DNA of 64,000 bases from an uncultured Candidatus Saccharibacteria bacterium (GCA_964530555.1 CAZHBD010000001.1:1835-65834); one strand, 5' to 3'. Counted from the first letter of the stretch, positions 44,981 to 54,697 are shown. Notes: generated from the sequence alone by a model not told the origin. Numbers and translations: made by a program.

Positions 44981-45101
44981 ACGTTCTCCCTTAGTGCTTC
45001 TTAGTGTAGCGCATTGGACAGAAGTGTTCAAAAGTGCGGTTCAGATGCTTTGCAGTGAGCTAACTTGTAAGTCGATGTTGCAGGACTTATACTCTGTAAC
45101 C

Positions 45102-45482
45102 ATGAGCAATATAAAGGTTGCCTTGATTGAAGATGATAAGGCGATCGTGGAAATGTATCTGATGCGCTTTAACCTCTCGGGAGGATATGAGGTAAAAGTC
45201 GCCAATGACGGAGCTTCTGGGCTAGAACTACTCAAATCTTTTGAACCTGACGTCATACTACTCGATATGATGATGCCAAAAATGTCAGGCGTCGAGACAT
45301 TAACCAAGCTACGCAAACTTCCCAACGGCAAAAAGTATAAAGTGATTGCGCTGACAAATATGAAAGACGAAGACACGGTGGCTCAGATTCGCAAACTGGG
45401 GGTAGAAGACTACATCGTTAAGGCCGAACAAGCCCCGAGTGTTATAGAAGAACGTATCAAACGCGTAATCAATACCAACTGA
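45102..45482 (+). CDS. Stand-alone response-regulator receiver domain (CheY-like, no output domain)
   Basis: KVALIEDD...DVILLDMMMPKMSG...ALTN...KA. Start set at MSNIKV (45102). TTGTAA-N17-TATACT (45065-45093) lies 8 nt upstream. Confidence 0.8.
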   Translation: MSNIKVALIEDDKAIVEMYLMRFNLSGGYEVKVANDGASGLELLKSFEPDVILLDMMMPKMSGVETLTKLRKLPNGKKYKVIALTNMKDEDTVAQIRKLGVEDYIVKAEQAPSVIEERIKRVINTN

Positions 45483-45498
45483 ACACAAACAGTAGTCG

Positions 45499-45527
45499 TT
45501 TACAGCTAAATAAAGCATAAGTATAAT
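45499..45527 (+). promoter_or_regulatory. Candidate sigma70-type promoter (TTTACA-N17-TATAAT) for the histidine kinase gene
   Basis: TTTACA at 45499-45504 and TATAAT at 45522-45527. AGGTG SD lies before GTG at 45564. Confidence 0.5.
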
Positions 45528-45563
45528 AATGGCTGAGCAGCGTAACTTATAGGTGTTGTCTTT

Positions 45564-48500
45564 GTGAAGAAGCGAATTATTGGGTTTAGTTTATTTCTCG
45601 TGACTTTCGTTGTTGTAGTCCTGGCGCACCCTTTGTCGGCAAAAGCCTATCCTCCAAATGGATTTCCTGGGGAACCTTTCGGTGGGAGCGGTATGGACGG
45701 ATACGGTATTCCAACTAATCCGTTGCTGGTTGCCAATTGTGAAGACCTGCAAAATGTAAACCTCAATCTCGATCGATACTATGTTCTGCAACAAAACATT
45801 GATTGTACGGATTCGGCAACCTGGAATGGTGGAAAAGGATTTATTCCTATCGGGCTTAACGCTGATGGGTCTGTTGAAGGGGCATTTATCGGACATCTTG
45901 ACGGGCGTGGTCACACAATCTCTAACCTCTACATTGATCAATCAAGTCTAAACGTTGCTGATGGTGATCGCAACGTTGGCCTCTTCGCGAGTGCCATAGG
46001 GGCAGATATCATGAATGTCTATCTAAATAACGCTCATATTATTGGTTCATCAAGTGGCGGCCGAACCGGAGGGCTTGCAGGGCAAATCTCTGGGAGCAGG
46101 ATAGATCGTGTTCATTTTGACGGTGATGTAGAAGGCGGGGACTGTAGCACGGTTCAATCTCTGGGAGGGATTACCGGGAGATATATTGTGGATGGTCCTG
46201 ATGATGGGGCATACAATGCTATCAAATACAGTTCAACCAAGGGTTCGATTACGGTCACAGGTATAAATTGTGGCTCATATGAGGTGTTCGCTGGGGGCAT
46301 CGTAGGTAGTGAAACTGATGGTGACCTGCATCTTTTGAATAACTATTCACAAATGGATATTACGCTTGACGGCAATGCTACGGAAGATTGCGTTAACAAT
46401 TGTCGCAGTGTTGGCGGGATTATCGGTTTTGTCGGACAACACGTTGAAATATTTCGTAACTACGCCACAGGAATTCTCGCTATTTCGGGAGATACATCGC
46501 AGTACTTGAGCTACCAGGTAGCTGGCCTCAGTGGCGCCAACAGTACTGAACCACTAATTAGCCAGTCATTCGCCGCAACCGCCTTTTCGTTCTCAGACTG
46601 TGGAATCAGTTGTGGCGCATTGCCTCGAGAAGTGGCCGGAATTGCCATTGCAAACATAGACGAATCAGAGGCCTTACTTTCTAATCGATACGATGTTGGT
46701 GTTGCAGGACAGGGCGATGGGCTGCCATGTATTTCTGGGGGGTTGGCTACCTGTGAAGGCCAAAATACGAGCGGCGTACCAAATGCCAGTCTATTTCAAA
46801 ATAATAATTCCGATTGGCCTATGCCAGATTGGGATTTTGATAACGTATGGGAGCTTACAGCTCAATATCCAGAGCTTACACAAGATGATAACGCTAACCC
46901 GACTCCGCCAGCAACTTTTGATGGGTCAACATATTCTGAAACCGAGATCACTTTAAACTGGTCAGCGCCAGCAACATATAATGGCTCAATAACCCATTAC
47001 TTTGTGACGTACAAACACCAAGGTGCAGCAGATTTTGATGGTGGATTTGTACTAGAAGGTGTAACCACTGGCATGAATGTTACCAACCTAGAGGCTGGGG
47101 TTACCTACGAGTTTTACCTTAGTGCTGAACAATCGGATGGCTACTGGAGTGATATGTCACCGATAAGTGTTAGAACGGGTACGGAGGGGTTCATTGGCAT
47201 AAGCAATTGTCAGGATCTGCAAGCTATAAATGAGGACTTGAATGGGAACTATGAGCTGCTTCAAAATCTGGACTGCGCTGACACAAGTTCATGGAACAGC
47301 GGAGCAGGATTTATGCCAATAGGTAGCTGTGACCAGACGGACCAATTTCAATTTACTGGAATTTTTGCTGGCAATAACTTTACAGTCTCAAACCTTTACA
47401 TAGACGTTTCTGGTTCAGATTGCTCTCTGGCGGCACCGATTGCCGCCGCCCAAGGTGCGCTCATCCAAGATGTAACGTTTGATAATAGCACCTTAATCAG
47501 TGACAAAGGGGCAGCAGGATTGATTGCTTCCGATAGATGCAGCGATATACACAACGTGCAACTTACTAACGTATTGATATCTGGTACGGCTGAGTTGATC
47601 GGAGGTTTAGTTGGGGCAGAAAAGTTAAGTCGTGACTGCGTTCAGTCCTTGATATCCGTAAGTGGGCTACTCGAATCTACAGATTTTGAAGATTTTCAAC
47701 AAATAATGGGCGGTTTGTATGGCACGATATCATCATCAAGCAGTAACCACGCTATTGCTGTCGAAAACGCCTATACCAATGTGCAGCTTGATGCTAGCGA
47801 TTCAACAATGAACAATGGAGTTTATGGAGGAATTGCTGGGATGATATTCACATCTAACCAAGACGCTGTCTCGTTTCAGGATGTATACGCTTCTGGGAGC
47901 TTGGTAAGAACGAACCTCGAAACAGTGCAAGGATCTTTGGCGGGCGGACTTATCGCTTTGTTTGTGACCAATAGTGGTGGCGAAAACAGCCTGACCGATA
48001 GTTTTGCGTACTTTGATTCCTCGCAGACAACCAATGTGACAGGCGGCCAAGTTATAGACGGGGGTGGTTTAGGATATATAACTGCACCAGGACCATCACT
48101 GGTAGTTGATAATACCTATTTCGATGCTGATGTTGCAGGTACCTCTGACTGCACATTTTTAGATGCCAGCGTCTGCACGGCAATTTCTGGAGATTCAGAG
48201 TACTTCTTTAATAACTCCACAAATGCACCGTTAGACCAGTGGGACTTTTCTGATGTATGGATGACCACAGAGACCTTACCGGTGTTTAGTGAAGAGGCGA
48301 CATCCACCCCTACCCTCATACCTGAATCACGACTGCAACACAATAATGGGACGATAAACCCCCTGATACCTGCCCGTGCTTTTTCGCCCAATAGTGCTGT
48401 GTCTCCCGATTCAGGCAAGATCACCAGTCTGCCTGCAGCTGGTTCAAACTTTGGACCCACACAAGGACAGCAGCCTACAGAAAGTGGTATTATAGCCAAA

Positions 48501-49922
48501 CTTAAGGAGTTGATTAATAAGATTCCTGCGCCACTCTTGCGAAGCTTCCCTTACATCGTTGTTGGTCTCATGGGGCTATCTGCATTGGCGATGTTTATAG
48601 AAATGCTGCGACAGGCAGCTCGGCTCAAAGAGCTTAATTTGCTGATACAGAAGCAGGCAAGCGTTGCCGAAGAGCGCGATACCTTCTGGCACCTGGCTGC
48701 CAATTATTTGCGTGCGCCAATCACGTTGCTGATGGGAGGGGTTGACTTGTTGGCCTCACCGAAGGTGGCGCTGAGCCTCGGTGCTGGTGTGGCTGCTAAC
48801 GCAACAATACCGTCCCAGTCGGTGAATCCAGAGCTAACCGCAAAAATCACCAAGTTGGTCACTAACATGCAGACCAAAGTATCAGACATCATGGACCAAA
48901 TTGAACACAGTAAGTCGCTCCAGGAGATTAGCTGGCCCAAGTCACCTAACTCACGACGGCTCATTGCTAGTTGGCGCTTTTGGTTACCACTAACAATGGC
49001 GGCGATCTTGCTAATCTTTACTAATTATGTAACCAAGAACTATCGGCACTTAGAAGTGAGCACGTTAAGTATTTTGATACAAATATTGCTCTTCGTGTTA
49101 GTAGCAACGTTGGTCTATTGGGCTGTGCAGGCGCTTGGCTTAGTTCAAAATAAGCGCAAGCAGGCTGAAGAGAAACTATCAAGGCAAGAAGCCGCCCTTG
49201 ATAAGGCTCGCATCGCGCTTATTGGTAAGACGGCAGAAGTACTCGATGATGACGTCAGCAAACTCGAAAAAATGCTAGGTCAATTACCAGCTAATGAGCA
49301 GTCTGTACCAATTCTGCATGAAGGTGCTCGTCGGTTGCGACAGATGGTAGACAGCTTCCAGCTGCTAATACTGGCGCAGAATAAAAAACTTCAAAAAGTA
49401 TCGTCTTATCAAGCAACTGTTGGTCTTAAGGACGTTCTGACAGAATGCTTAGATGAGTTGGCGGCTGAGATCGAAGCAAAACAGCTCAAAGTTCTTATGC
49501 CTGAACTTGGTCGTGAAGTTGTTCGTGGTAGTGAAAAATTGGCACGTCAGGTAATAGGTAGCGTACTTGCTAACGCTGTTGATTTTAGCCCCAAGAAGGG
49601 CAAGTTAGAAATAGATTTTGTCGCCCTACATGACAAAACCAGGCTGACAATTACCGATCATGGGCCTGGTGTCAGCAAGGAACAACAGGCGCACATGTTC
49701 CAGCTGTTTACCAAAGCTGACGGCCAGGATGCCCTGCAGTTAGATCACGGTGGTCTAGGGGTGGACCTGTATCTCGACCGAGAGATTATGGACTACTTGG
49801 GCGGGACTATCTCGATCGATACCGGAGACCATGGTACTTCTGTAACAATCACGTGGCCTGAGCCCAATGCCCACCATAGTGACGTGGTTAGTCCTGCTTC
49901 AGCGGAAGCCTATCTTGTTTAA
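45564..49922 (+). CDS. Sensor histidine kinase with a ~970-aa extracytoplasmic region (2 GLUG-type modules + FN3), 3 TM segments, tandem DHp-like regions and an HATPase domain
   Basis: Signal peptide. Duplicated modules begin NCEDLQNVNLNLDRYYVLQQNIDC and NCQDLQAINEDLNGNYELLQNLDC, with GGLAG/GGLVG GLUG motifs. FN3-like segment at ~46900-47185. H-box FWHLAANYLRAPIT (His codon 48690-48692). C-terminal DHGPGV...GGLGVDL ATP-lid motifs. Confidence 0.8.
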   Translation: MKKRIIGFSLFLVTFVVVVLAHPLSAKAYPPNGFPGEPFGGSGMDGYGIPTNPLLVANCEDLQNVNLNLDRYYVLQQNIDCTDSATWNGGKGFIPIGLNADGSVEGAFIGHLDGRGHTISNLYIDQSSLNVADGDRNVGLFASAIGADIMNVYLNNAHIIGSSSGGRTGGLAGQISGSRIDRVHFDGDVEGGDCSTVQSLGGITGRYIVDGPDDGAYNAIKYSSTKGSITVTGINCGSYEVFAGGIVGSETDGDLHLLNNYSQMDITLDGNATEDCVNNCRSVGGIIGFVGQHVEIFRNYATGILAISGDTSQYLSYQVAGLSGANSTEPLISQSFAATAFSFSDCGISCGALPREVAGIAIANIDESEALLSNRYDVGVAGQGDGLPCISGGLATCEGQNTSGVPNASLFQNNNSDWPMPDWDFDNVWELTAQYPELTQDDNANPTPPATFDGSTYSETEITLNWSAPATYNGSITHYFVTYKHQGAADFDGGFVLEGVTTGMNVTNLEAGVTYEFYLSAEQSDGYWSDMSPISVRTGTEGFIGISNCQDLQAINEDLNGNYELLQNLDCADTSSWNSGAGFMPIGSCDQTDQFQFTGIFAGNNFTVSNLYIDVSGSDCSLAAPIAAAQGALIQDVTFDNSTLISDKGAAGLIASDRCSDIHNVQLTNVLISGTAELIGGLVGAEKLSRDCVQSLISVSGLLESTDFEDFQQIMGGLYGTISSSSSNHAIAVENAYTNVQLDASDSTMNNGVYGGIAGMIFTSNQDAVSFQDVYASGSLVRTNLETVQGSLAGGLIALFVTNSGGENSLTDSFAYFDSSQTTNVTGGQVIDGGGLGYITAPGPSLVVDNTYFDADVAGTSDCTFLDASVCTAISGDSEYFFNNSTNAPLDQWDFSDVWMTTETLPVFSEEATSTPTLIPESRLQHNNGTINPLIPARAFSPNSAVSPDSGKITSLPAAGSNFGPTQGQQPTESGIIAKLKELINKIPAPLLRSFPYIVVGLMGLSALAMFIEMLRQAARLKELNLLIQKQASVAEERDTFWHLAANYLRAPITLLMGGVDLLASPKVALSLGAGVAANATIPSQSVNPELTAKITKLVTNMQTKVSDIMDQIEHSKSLQEISWPKSPNSRRLIASWRFWLPLTMAAILLIFTNYVTKNYRHLEVSTLSILIQILLFVLVATLVYWAVQALGLVQNKRKQAEEKLSRQEAALDKARIALIGKTAEVLDDDVSKLEKMLGQLPANEQSVPILHEGARRLRQMVDSFQLLILAQNKKLQKVSSYQATVGLKDVLTECLDELAAEIEAKQLKVLMPELGREVVRGSEKLARQVIGSVLANAVDFSPKKGKLEIDFVALHDKTRLTITDHGPGVSKEQQAHMFQLFTKADGQDALQLDHGGLGVDLYLDREIMDYLGGTISIDTGDHGTSVTITWPEPNAHHSDVVSPASAEAYLV

Positions 49923-49978
49923 TTTTTCATAACTTACATCTGAGGCCATGGTCTGATACCATAAAAGTAGGAAAATTT

Positions 49979-51046
49979 ATGCTACAACTACTGTTTATTT
50001 TGGTGCTAGCTGCGTTGACACTGTTAGCTATTAGCTTACAAAAGACCTACCAGAGCTTACCAGTCAAGGAGCTAAAACGTCGGGCCGCCAAAGGTGACGA
50101 GTTAGCAAAGTTGCTCCACAGGGCTGTAGCTTATGGGATTAGTCTTCAGGTGTTGCTGTGGCTAATAATCGGTTTGAGCGCAGCCGGTTTCTCGGCTGTG
50201 TTGTCTCATACTGTTCCCAGCTGGTTAGCTTTTATCGGAATGCTAGCACTGCTGTGGGTGGGGTTTGCTTGGCTGCCCAGCACACGCGTTACGAACACGG
50301 GGCAGTGGTTGGCCAAAACGCTTACTCCGGCGATTGAGTGGTTGCTTACGCACCTTCACCCTTTGCTGGTGCGAGTCGGCCAATTCTTAAGAACAAATGG
50401 CCGGGTTACCGTACATACTGGTTTGTATCAAAAAGAAGATCTCATCGAACTACTTGATCGGCAAAACGGCCAATTGGATAATCGGATTACTATCAACGAG
50501 CTGAACTTCGCTCGCCACGCCCTGCTATTCGAAGAAAAGGTAGTTCGCGACATCATGACACCACGACGGGTAGTAAAGATGGTGAAAGTGGGTGAATCGG
50601 TTGGTCCTGTCCTAATGGACGAGCTGCACAAGAGTGGTTTCTCGCGCTTTCCGGTATTCGACGGTAAGCAAGATAATATTGTAGGCACATTGTACTTACG
50701 CACGTTGGTCGAGAAAAAGGCTACTGGCAAGGTGAAAGACCTCATGAGTAAAAAGGTTTATTACGTCAACGAAGAACAACATTTGGGACATGTCCTCAAC
50801 GCCTTTTTACGTACCAAGCACCATTTGTTTATTGTGGTTAATGAGTTCGAAGAGATCAGCGGAGTTATTACGATCGAAGATGTCATTGAGCAGTTGATTG
50901 GTCGTAAGATTGTCGATGAATTTGATAAGTATGATGATCTTCGTGAAGTCGCAGCATTGGCTGCCAAGAAAGACAAACAGTCGCACGAACATCCAGCCTA
51001 TGAAGAGCCACAATCACCGACCTCTGAAAAACCAACTAAAAAGTGA
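49979..51046 (+). CDS. CNNM/CorB-type transporter (DUF21 membrane domain + CBS pair), without a CorC_HlyC tail
   Basis: 4 N-terminal TM segments, then VVRDIMTPRR...FSRFPVF...LFIVVNEFEEISGVITIEDVIEQL. Confidence 0.75.
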   Translation: MLQLLFILVLAALTLLAISLQKTYQSLPVKELKRRAAKGDELAKLLHRAVAYGISLQVLLWLIIGLSAAGFSAVLSHTVPSWLAFIGMLALLWVGFAWLPSTRVTNTGQWLAKTLTPAIEWLLTHLHPLLVRVGQFLRTNGRVTVHTGLYQKEDLIELLDRQNGQLDNRITINELNFARHALLFEEKVVRDIMTPRRVVKMVKVGESVGPVLMDELHKSGFSRFPVFDGKQDNIVGTLYLRTLVEKKATGKVKDLMSKKVYYVNEEQHLGHVLNAFLRTKHHLFIVVNEFEEISGVITIEDVIEQLIGRKIVDEFDKYDDLREVAALAAKKDKQSHEHPAYEEPQSPTSEKPTKK

Positions 51047-51051
51047 TATAA
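51043..51051 (+). promoter_or_regulatory. Candidate extended -10 promoter (TGaTATAAT) for aspS
   Basis: TGATATAAT overlaps the upstream TGA stop and predicts a ~125-nt leader. Confidence 0.45.
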
Positions 51052-51091
51052 TCAGCGTCATGATTGATTGGTTGGATAATCGCAATAGAAA

Positions 51092-51144
51092 TGCACGGGT
51101 CGGCGCAAGCTCGAACCTGGTGCGTGCCCGCGCGTAGCCGACCC
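51092..51144 (+). other. GC-rich structured element in the aspS leader (unclassified)
   Basis: GGGTCGGC (51096-51103) pairs with GCCGACCC (51137-51144). Inner pairing GCGCA/TGCGT is possible. Followed by TCCTC. Confidence 0.35.
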
Positions 51145-51182
51145 TCCTCAAAGCCAGTTACATCAGTTAAACTAGGAAACAT

Positions 51183-52493
51183 ATGAGAACATTAGCAAAA
51201 GACGTGGCCAAGCATATTGATAAAGAGGTCACGGTACAAGGGTGGTTACACAAAAAGCGCTTACTCGGTGGCCTTAACTTCATTAACATTCGTGACCGAA
51301 GTGGATTGGTACAAGTGTTGGTGGAGAAGGGCGAAGAAGTCGAGAAACTGCGCGGCATGCAGATTGGTACGGTCCTGGAAGTTACCGGCACTGGTTATAA
51401 AGATGAGCGAGCACCTGGGGGCGCTGAGATTCATGATCCAGAGCTTAAGATTTTGGTTCCAGTAACCGATGAACCACCTATCGAAATCGACAAACCGTTG
51501 AGCCATAAAAGCGAGCATTTGGACACCCTACTAGATAACCGTGTCTTAGGCCTCAGGAACTTGCAAGAAAAAGCTGTTTTCGAAATTCAGGCTACAGTGT
51601 GCCGGGCGATTCGAGAATATTGTTACCAGCATGAATTTACTGAAATTCACACCCCAAAGTTGCTGGCAGAGCCTACCGAAGGTGGCGCCGAAGTCTTCCA
51701 GATGGATTACTTTGGCAAAGTAGCTACCCTAGCGCAAAGCCCTCAGTTTTATAAGCAGATGATGGTTGGCGTGTTTGAGCGAGTGTTCGAGATCGCACCG
51801 GTATATCGTGCAGAGCCTAGTGCGACAACACGGCATATGACCGAATACACATCGATCGACGGGGAAATGGGCTTCATAACACTGCAAGACCTTCAGGATT
51901 TTCTGTCAGGACTGCTCAACTTTGTAAGTGATGAAGTCTGGGCTAAGCACGAGACGGAGTTGAAGCGATGGAACGCTACTAAACCAACATTGCCCAAAGA
52001 AATTCCGGTTATCAGCATGGCTGAAATTCACGAGAAATATAGCAAAGCTACCGGCGAGAACTCCGTTGGCGAGAAAGATCTGCGCCCTGACGAAGAGCGT
52101 TGGATATGTGAATACGCCAAGAAGAATCTGGACTCGGAAGCGGTGTTCGTAAGTGAATGGCCAGCGAGCGAAATGAAGTTTTACCATAAGGCTAACCAAC
52201 AAAATAGCGAGATTGCAGACCGGATTGATCTATTATTCCGTGGCGTAGAAATCACTACTGGCAGTATGCGCGAGAATGAGCATGAGGTAGTGGTGCGTCA
52301 GCTCAAAGAACTAGCCAAAGGTGACCCGGAAGACCCAGGCTTTGCACCGCTGCTGACTGCAATGAAATATGGTATGCCGCCACATGGTGGCTTTGGAATG
52401 GGTCTTGAGCGCGTTGTCCAGAAGCTGATTGGCTTCAACAACATTAAAGAGGCCACGCTGTTCCCACGCGATATTAACCGCCTCGCTCCCTAG
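51183..52493 (+). CDS. aspS: Aspartyl-tRNA synthetase, short archaeal/eukaryote-like type
   Basis: QSPQFYKQ, FRGVEITTGSMRE and GGFGMGLERV class IIb motifs. The 436-aa length implies no bacterial GAD insertion. Confidence 0.9.
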   Translation: MRTLAKDVAKHIDKEVTVQGWLHKKRLLGGLNFINIRDRSGLVQVLVEKGEEVEKLRGMQIGTVLEVTGTGYKDERAPGGAEIHDPELKILVPVTDEPPIEIDKPLSHKSEHLDTLLDNRVLGLRNLQEKAVFEIQATVCRAIREYCYQHEFTEIHTPKLLAEPTEGGAEVFQMDYFGKVATLAQSPQFYKQMMVGVFERVFEIAPVYRAEPSATTRHMTEYTSIDGEMGFITLQDLQDFLSGLLNFVSDEVWAKHETELKRWNATKPTLPKEIPVISMAEIHEKYSKATGENSVGEKDLRPDEERWICEYAKKNLDSEAVFVSEWPASEMKFYHKANQQNSEIADRIDLLFRGVEITTGSMRENEHEVVVRQLKELAKGDPEDPGFAPLLTAMKYGMPPHGGFGMGLERVVQKLIGFNNIKEATLFPRDINRLAP

Positions 52494-52518
52494 CCCTTGT
52501 TTCTCTTAATGGTCGAGG

Positions 52519-53400
52519 CTAGTCTTGACCAGGTTGTGGCCCAGTATGGCGTACCATGCTGGCAACTTTACTCCCGAAAAACTTAAGATGCGGGTGTTGC
52601 TCATGAATTTGTTCACAGAATTTAACGATATCTTCCACACGACCAGGTTTTGCCGCTCGTGTTAGGCCTAGCGCGCCCAACTCTTCAATAAGCAGTGTGC
52701 TGACAGTAATATCTCCCTCACCGCGTACCATTTGGTCCAGCTGAAGTGCTTTTCGAACCGCTAGACCAAGAAAGAAGGTATGAGCATCTTCCGGACCTGC
52801 TGGACGTGGGTGATCGCCAAGTTCGGTGGTAAAGTCCACTCCATTGCTTCGAAATAGGGCGGTTAAATATGCAGCACGTGCCGGCAAGTTGGTTCGATTA
52901 CGCAAATATTGTTTCTGAGCGGCTTCTTCGTCAGTGTTGCCGAGTGCAATGGTTTGCTTGATGCGCGCTTCGGTTATTCGTACTATTCGTGATTTAGCGT
53001 CGGTTACGGCTGCATCGGTAACATGCAGAGGTAGGCGTCCGTCTAAGGGCATGACTGCTTCGCTGAGCGTGAAGTCAACACTAGCGAATACGTCCTCAAT
53101 ACTTGCATACCTGCGTGGTTGGTTATATTCAGCATCATCTGGTGATAGTTGCTGCGACAGTTGAGTCAAAAGCTCCTCAGGGGCAGAGCTACCATAAGCA
53201 CAAATATCTATGTCGCGTACTGGCATCTGCAGCCCATGAGTTGCTTCTAAGAGTGCTGATCGTGCAGCTCCTCCATATATTACAATTCCGGGCTGCAGTG
53301 CGCCGACCAGTGCGACATCAAGTACAGCACTAACGCTGGCGGATGTTCGTGGGAATGTCTCAACAGTAAATTCTCTCAAAATCATTTTGCTACCATACAC
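52519..53400 (-). CDS. Pol-beta-superfamily nucleotidyltransferase, CCA-adding/poly(A) polymerase head-domain-like
   Basis: IYGGAARSALL...VRDIDI resembles GGxVRDxLL...DxD. DFTLSEAV resembles the RDFTINA motif. No recognisable tRNA-binding body. Confidence 0.45.
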   Translation of the reverse strand: MYGSKMILREFTVETFPRTSASVSAVLDVALVGALQPGIVIYGGAARSALLEATHGLQMPVRDIDICAYGSSAPEELLTQLSQQLSPDDAEYNQPRRYASIEDVFASVDFTLSEAVMPLDGRLPLHVTDAAVTDAKSRIVRITEARIKQTIALGNTDEEAAQKQYLRNRTNLPARAAYLTALFRSNGVDFTTELGDHPRPAGPEDAHTFFLGLAVRKALQLDQMVRGEGDITVSTLLIEELGALGLTRAAKPGRVEDIVKFCEQIHEQHPHLKFFGSKVASMVRHTGPQPGQD

Positions 53401-53483
53401 TGATTTTCAAATTGTTACAACTTAACGTACGTTACACAAGACTCGTTTTGCAGGAGTATGCTAGCTCCTGTACCATAAGAGCA

Positions 53484-54683
53484 ATGGGCAAAAAACTAAA
53501 ACGCAGCTTGTCGCTCCCGGTTGTTGCCTTGTATGGGCTTGGTAATATTCTTGGCGCAGGGATTTATGTGCTTGTCGGCAAGGTGGCTGGGCAGGCAGGC
53601 TACGGCATAACTTTGTCGTTTTTGGTAGCGATGTTTGTAGCGGGATTGACTGCTTTTTCGTACATGGAGCTGGCTGGTAGGTTTCCTGTCAGCGCGAGTG
53701 TTTCGGTATACCTGCACAAGGCATTCGGCAAGCGATGGCTCTCGGTACTGATTGGACTTGCTATGGTTGCCGGAGGTATTGCCTCAGCGGCTGCACTGGC
53801 ACACGGTTTTGCAGGCTACTTAAATTCCTTTGTTACGGTACCGATTTGGGTAGCAAGCACCGGCTTGCTTGTGGCAATCGGGCTACTAGCGATTAAGGGG
53901 ATAGGTGAGTCGGCCAAGGTTGCCGGGCTGTTCACGCTCTTAGAAGTTACAGGGCTCCTGTTGATTATTATCGCTGGACGAAGTGAAGTGGCTAGCATAA
54001 CGCTTGGCGATGTGATGAGGGTAGACCCAGTATTTGGGCTAGGCGGAGTCGTGGCTGGAGCTTTTCTGGCATTCTATGCGTTCATCGGGTTCGAAGACAT
54101 GGTGAATGTTGCCGAGGAGGCAAAGAACCCACGTAAAACTATGCCGCTCGCAATCCTCTTCTCGTTAGTTGCCTCAACGATTCTTTACTTGTTGGTAGTC
54201 TTGGTGGCAATTAAGGTTGTGCCACCCAGCCAACTTGCCGAAAGCAATGCACCCCTCAGCTTAGTGTACGAACGAAGCGGCGCAAGTCATGCGACGCTTA
54301 TGTCTATTATTGGGATGACTGCCGCAGTAAACGGTGTGGTCGTACAGGTGATAATGGGCTCTCGAATTTTATACGGTTTGGCCAAGCAAGGCTGGCTCAA
54401 GGCTGATCTCGCAGAAGTTAGCGGCAAGACAAAAACACCTATTACTGCCACTGTGTTGGTGGTGGGTCTGATGATCGCTGCTACGATTGTCTTGCCTCTT
54501 GTTTCTCTAGCCAAAACAACGAGCCTGTTGATTCTCAGTATTTTTACTCTGGTTAATGCGGCTTTGTATAAGATTAAGCGACATCACAAAAAGCACGATG
54601 GCTACATTAGCGTACCGCTCGCAATACCGGCGCTAGGAGCAATTTCTTCGACTAGCCTCATCATCTACCAGATCGTACACTAA
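53484..54683 (+). CDS. APC-superfamily amino acid permease
   Basis: Start set at MGKKLKRSLSLPVVALYGLGNILGAGIYVLVG. ~12 TM segments and FIGFEDMVNVAEEAKNP. Confidence 0.8.
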   Translation: MGKKLKRSLSLPVVALYGLGNILGAGIYVLVGKVAGQAGYGITLSFLVAMFVAGLTAFSYMELAGRFPVSASVSVYLHKAFGKRWLSVLIGLAMVAGGIASAAALAHGFAGYLNSFVTVPIWVASTGLLVAIGLLAIKGIGESAKVAGLFTLLEVTGLLLIIIAGRSEVASITLGDVMRVDPVFGLGGVVAGAFLAFYAFIGFEDMVNVAEEAKNPRKTMPLAILFSLVASTILYLLVVLVAIKVVPPSQLAESNAPLSLVYERSGASHATLMSIIGMTAAVNGVVVQVIMGSRILYGLAKQGWLKADLAEVSGKTKTPITATVLVVGLMIAATIVLPLVSLAKTTSLLILSIFTLVNAALYKIKRHHKKHDGYISVPLAIPALGAISSTSLIIYQIVH

Positions 54684-54697
54684 CAGGGCTTATTCAT

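Noticed and set aside
51092-51144. tRNA or tRNA fragment on the minus strand (antisense reads GGTTCGAGC, T-loop-like, flanked by an 8-bp GGGTCGGC/GCCGACCC helix); also a canonical T-box.
   Set aside because: The element is only ~50 nt, with no D or anticodon arm, and the T-stem does not pair. The T-box core match is poor, and the leader is too short for a standard Stem I. It is kept only as an unclassified structured leader.
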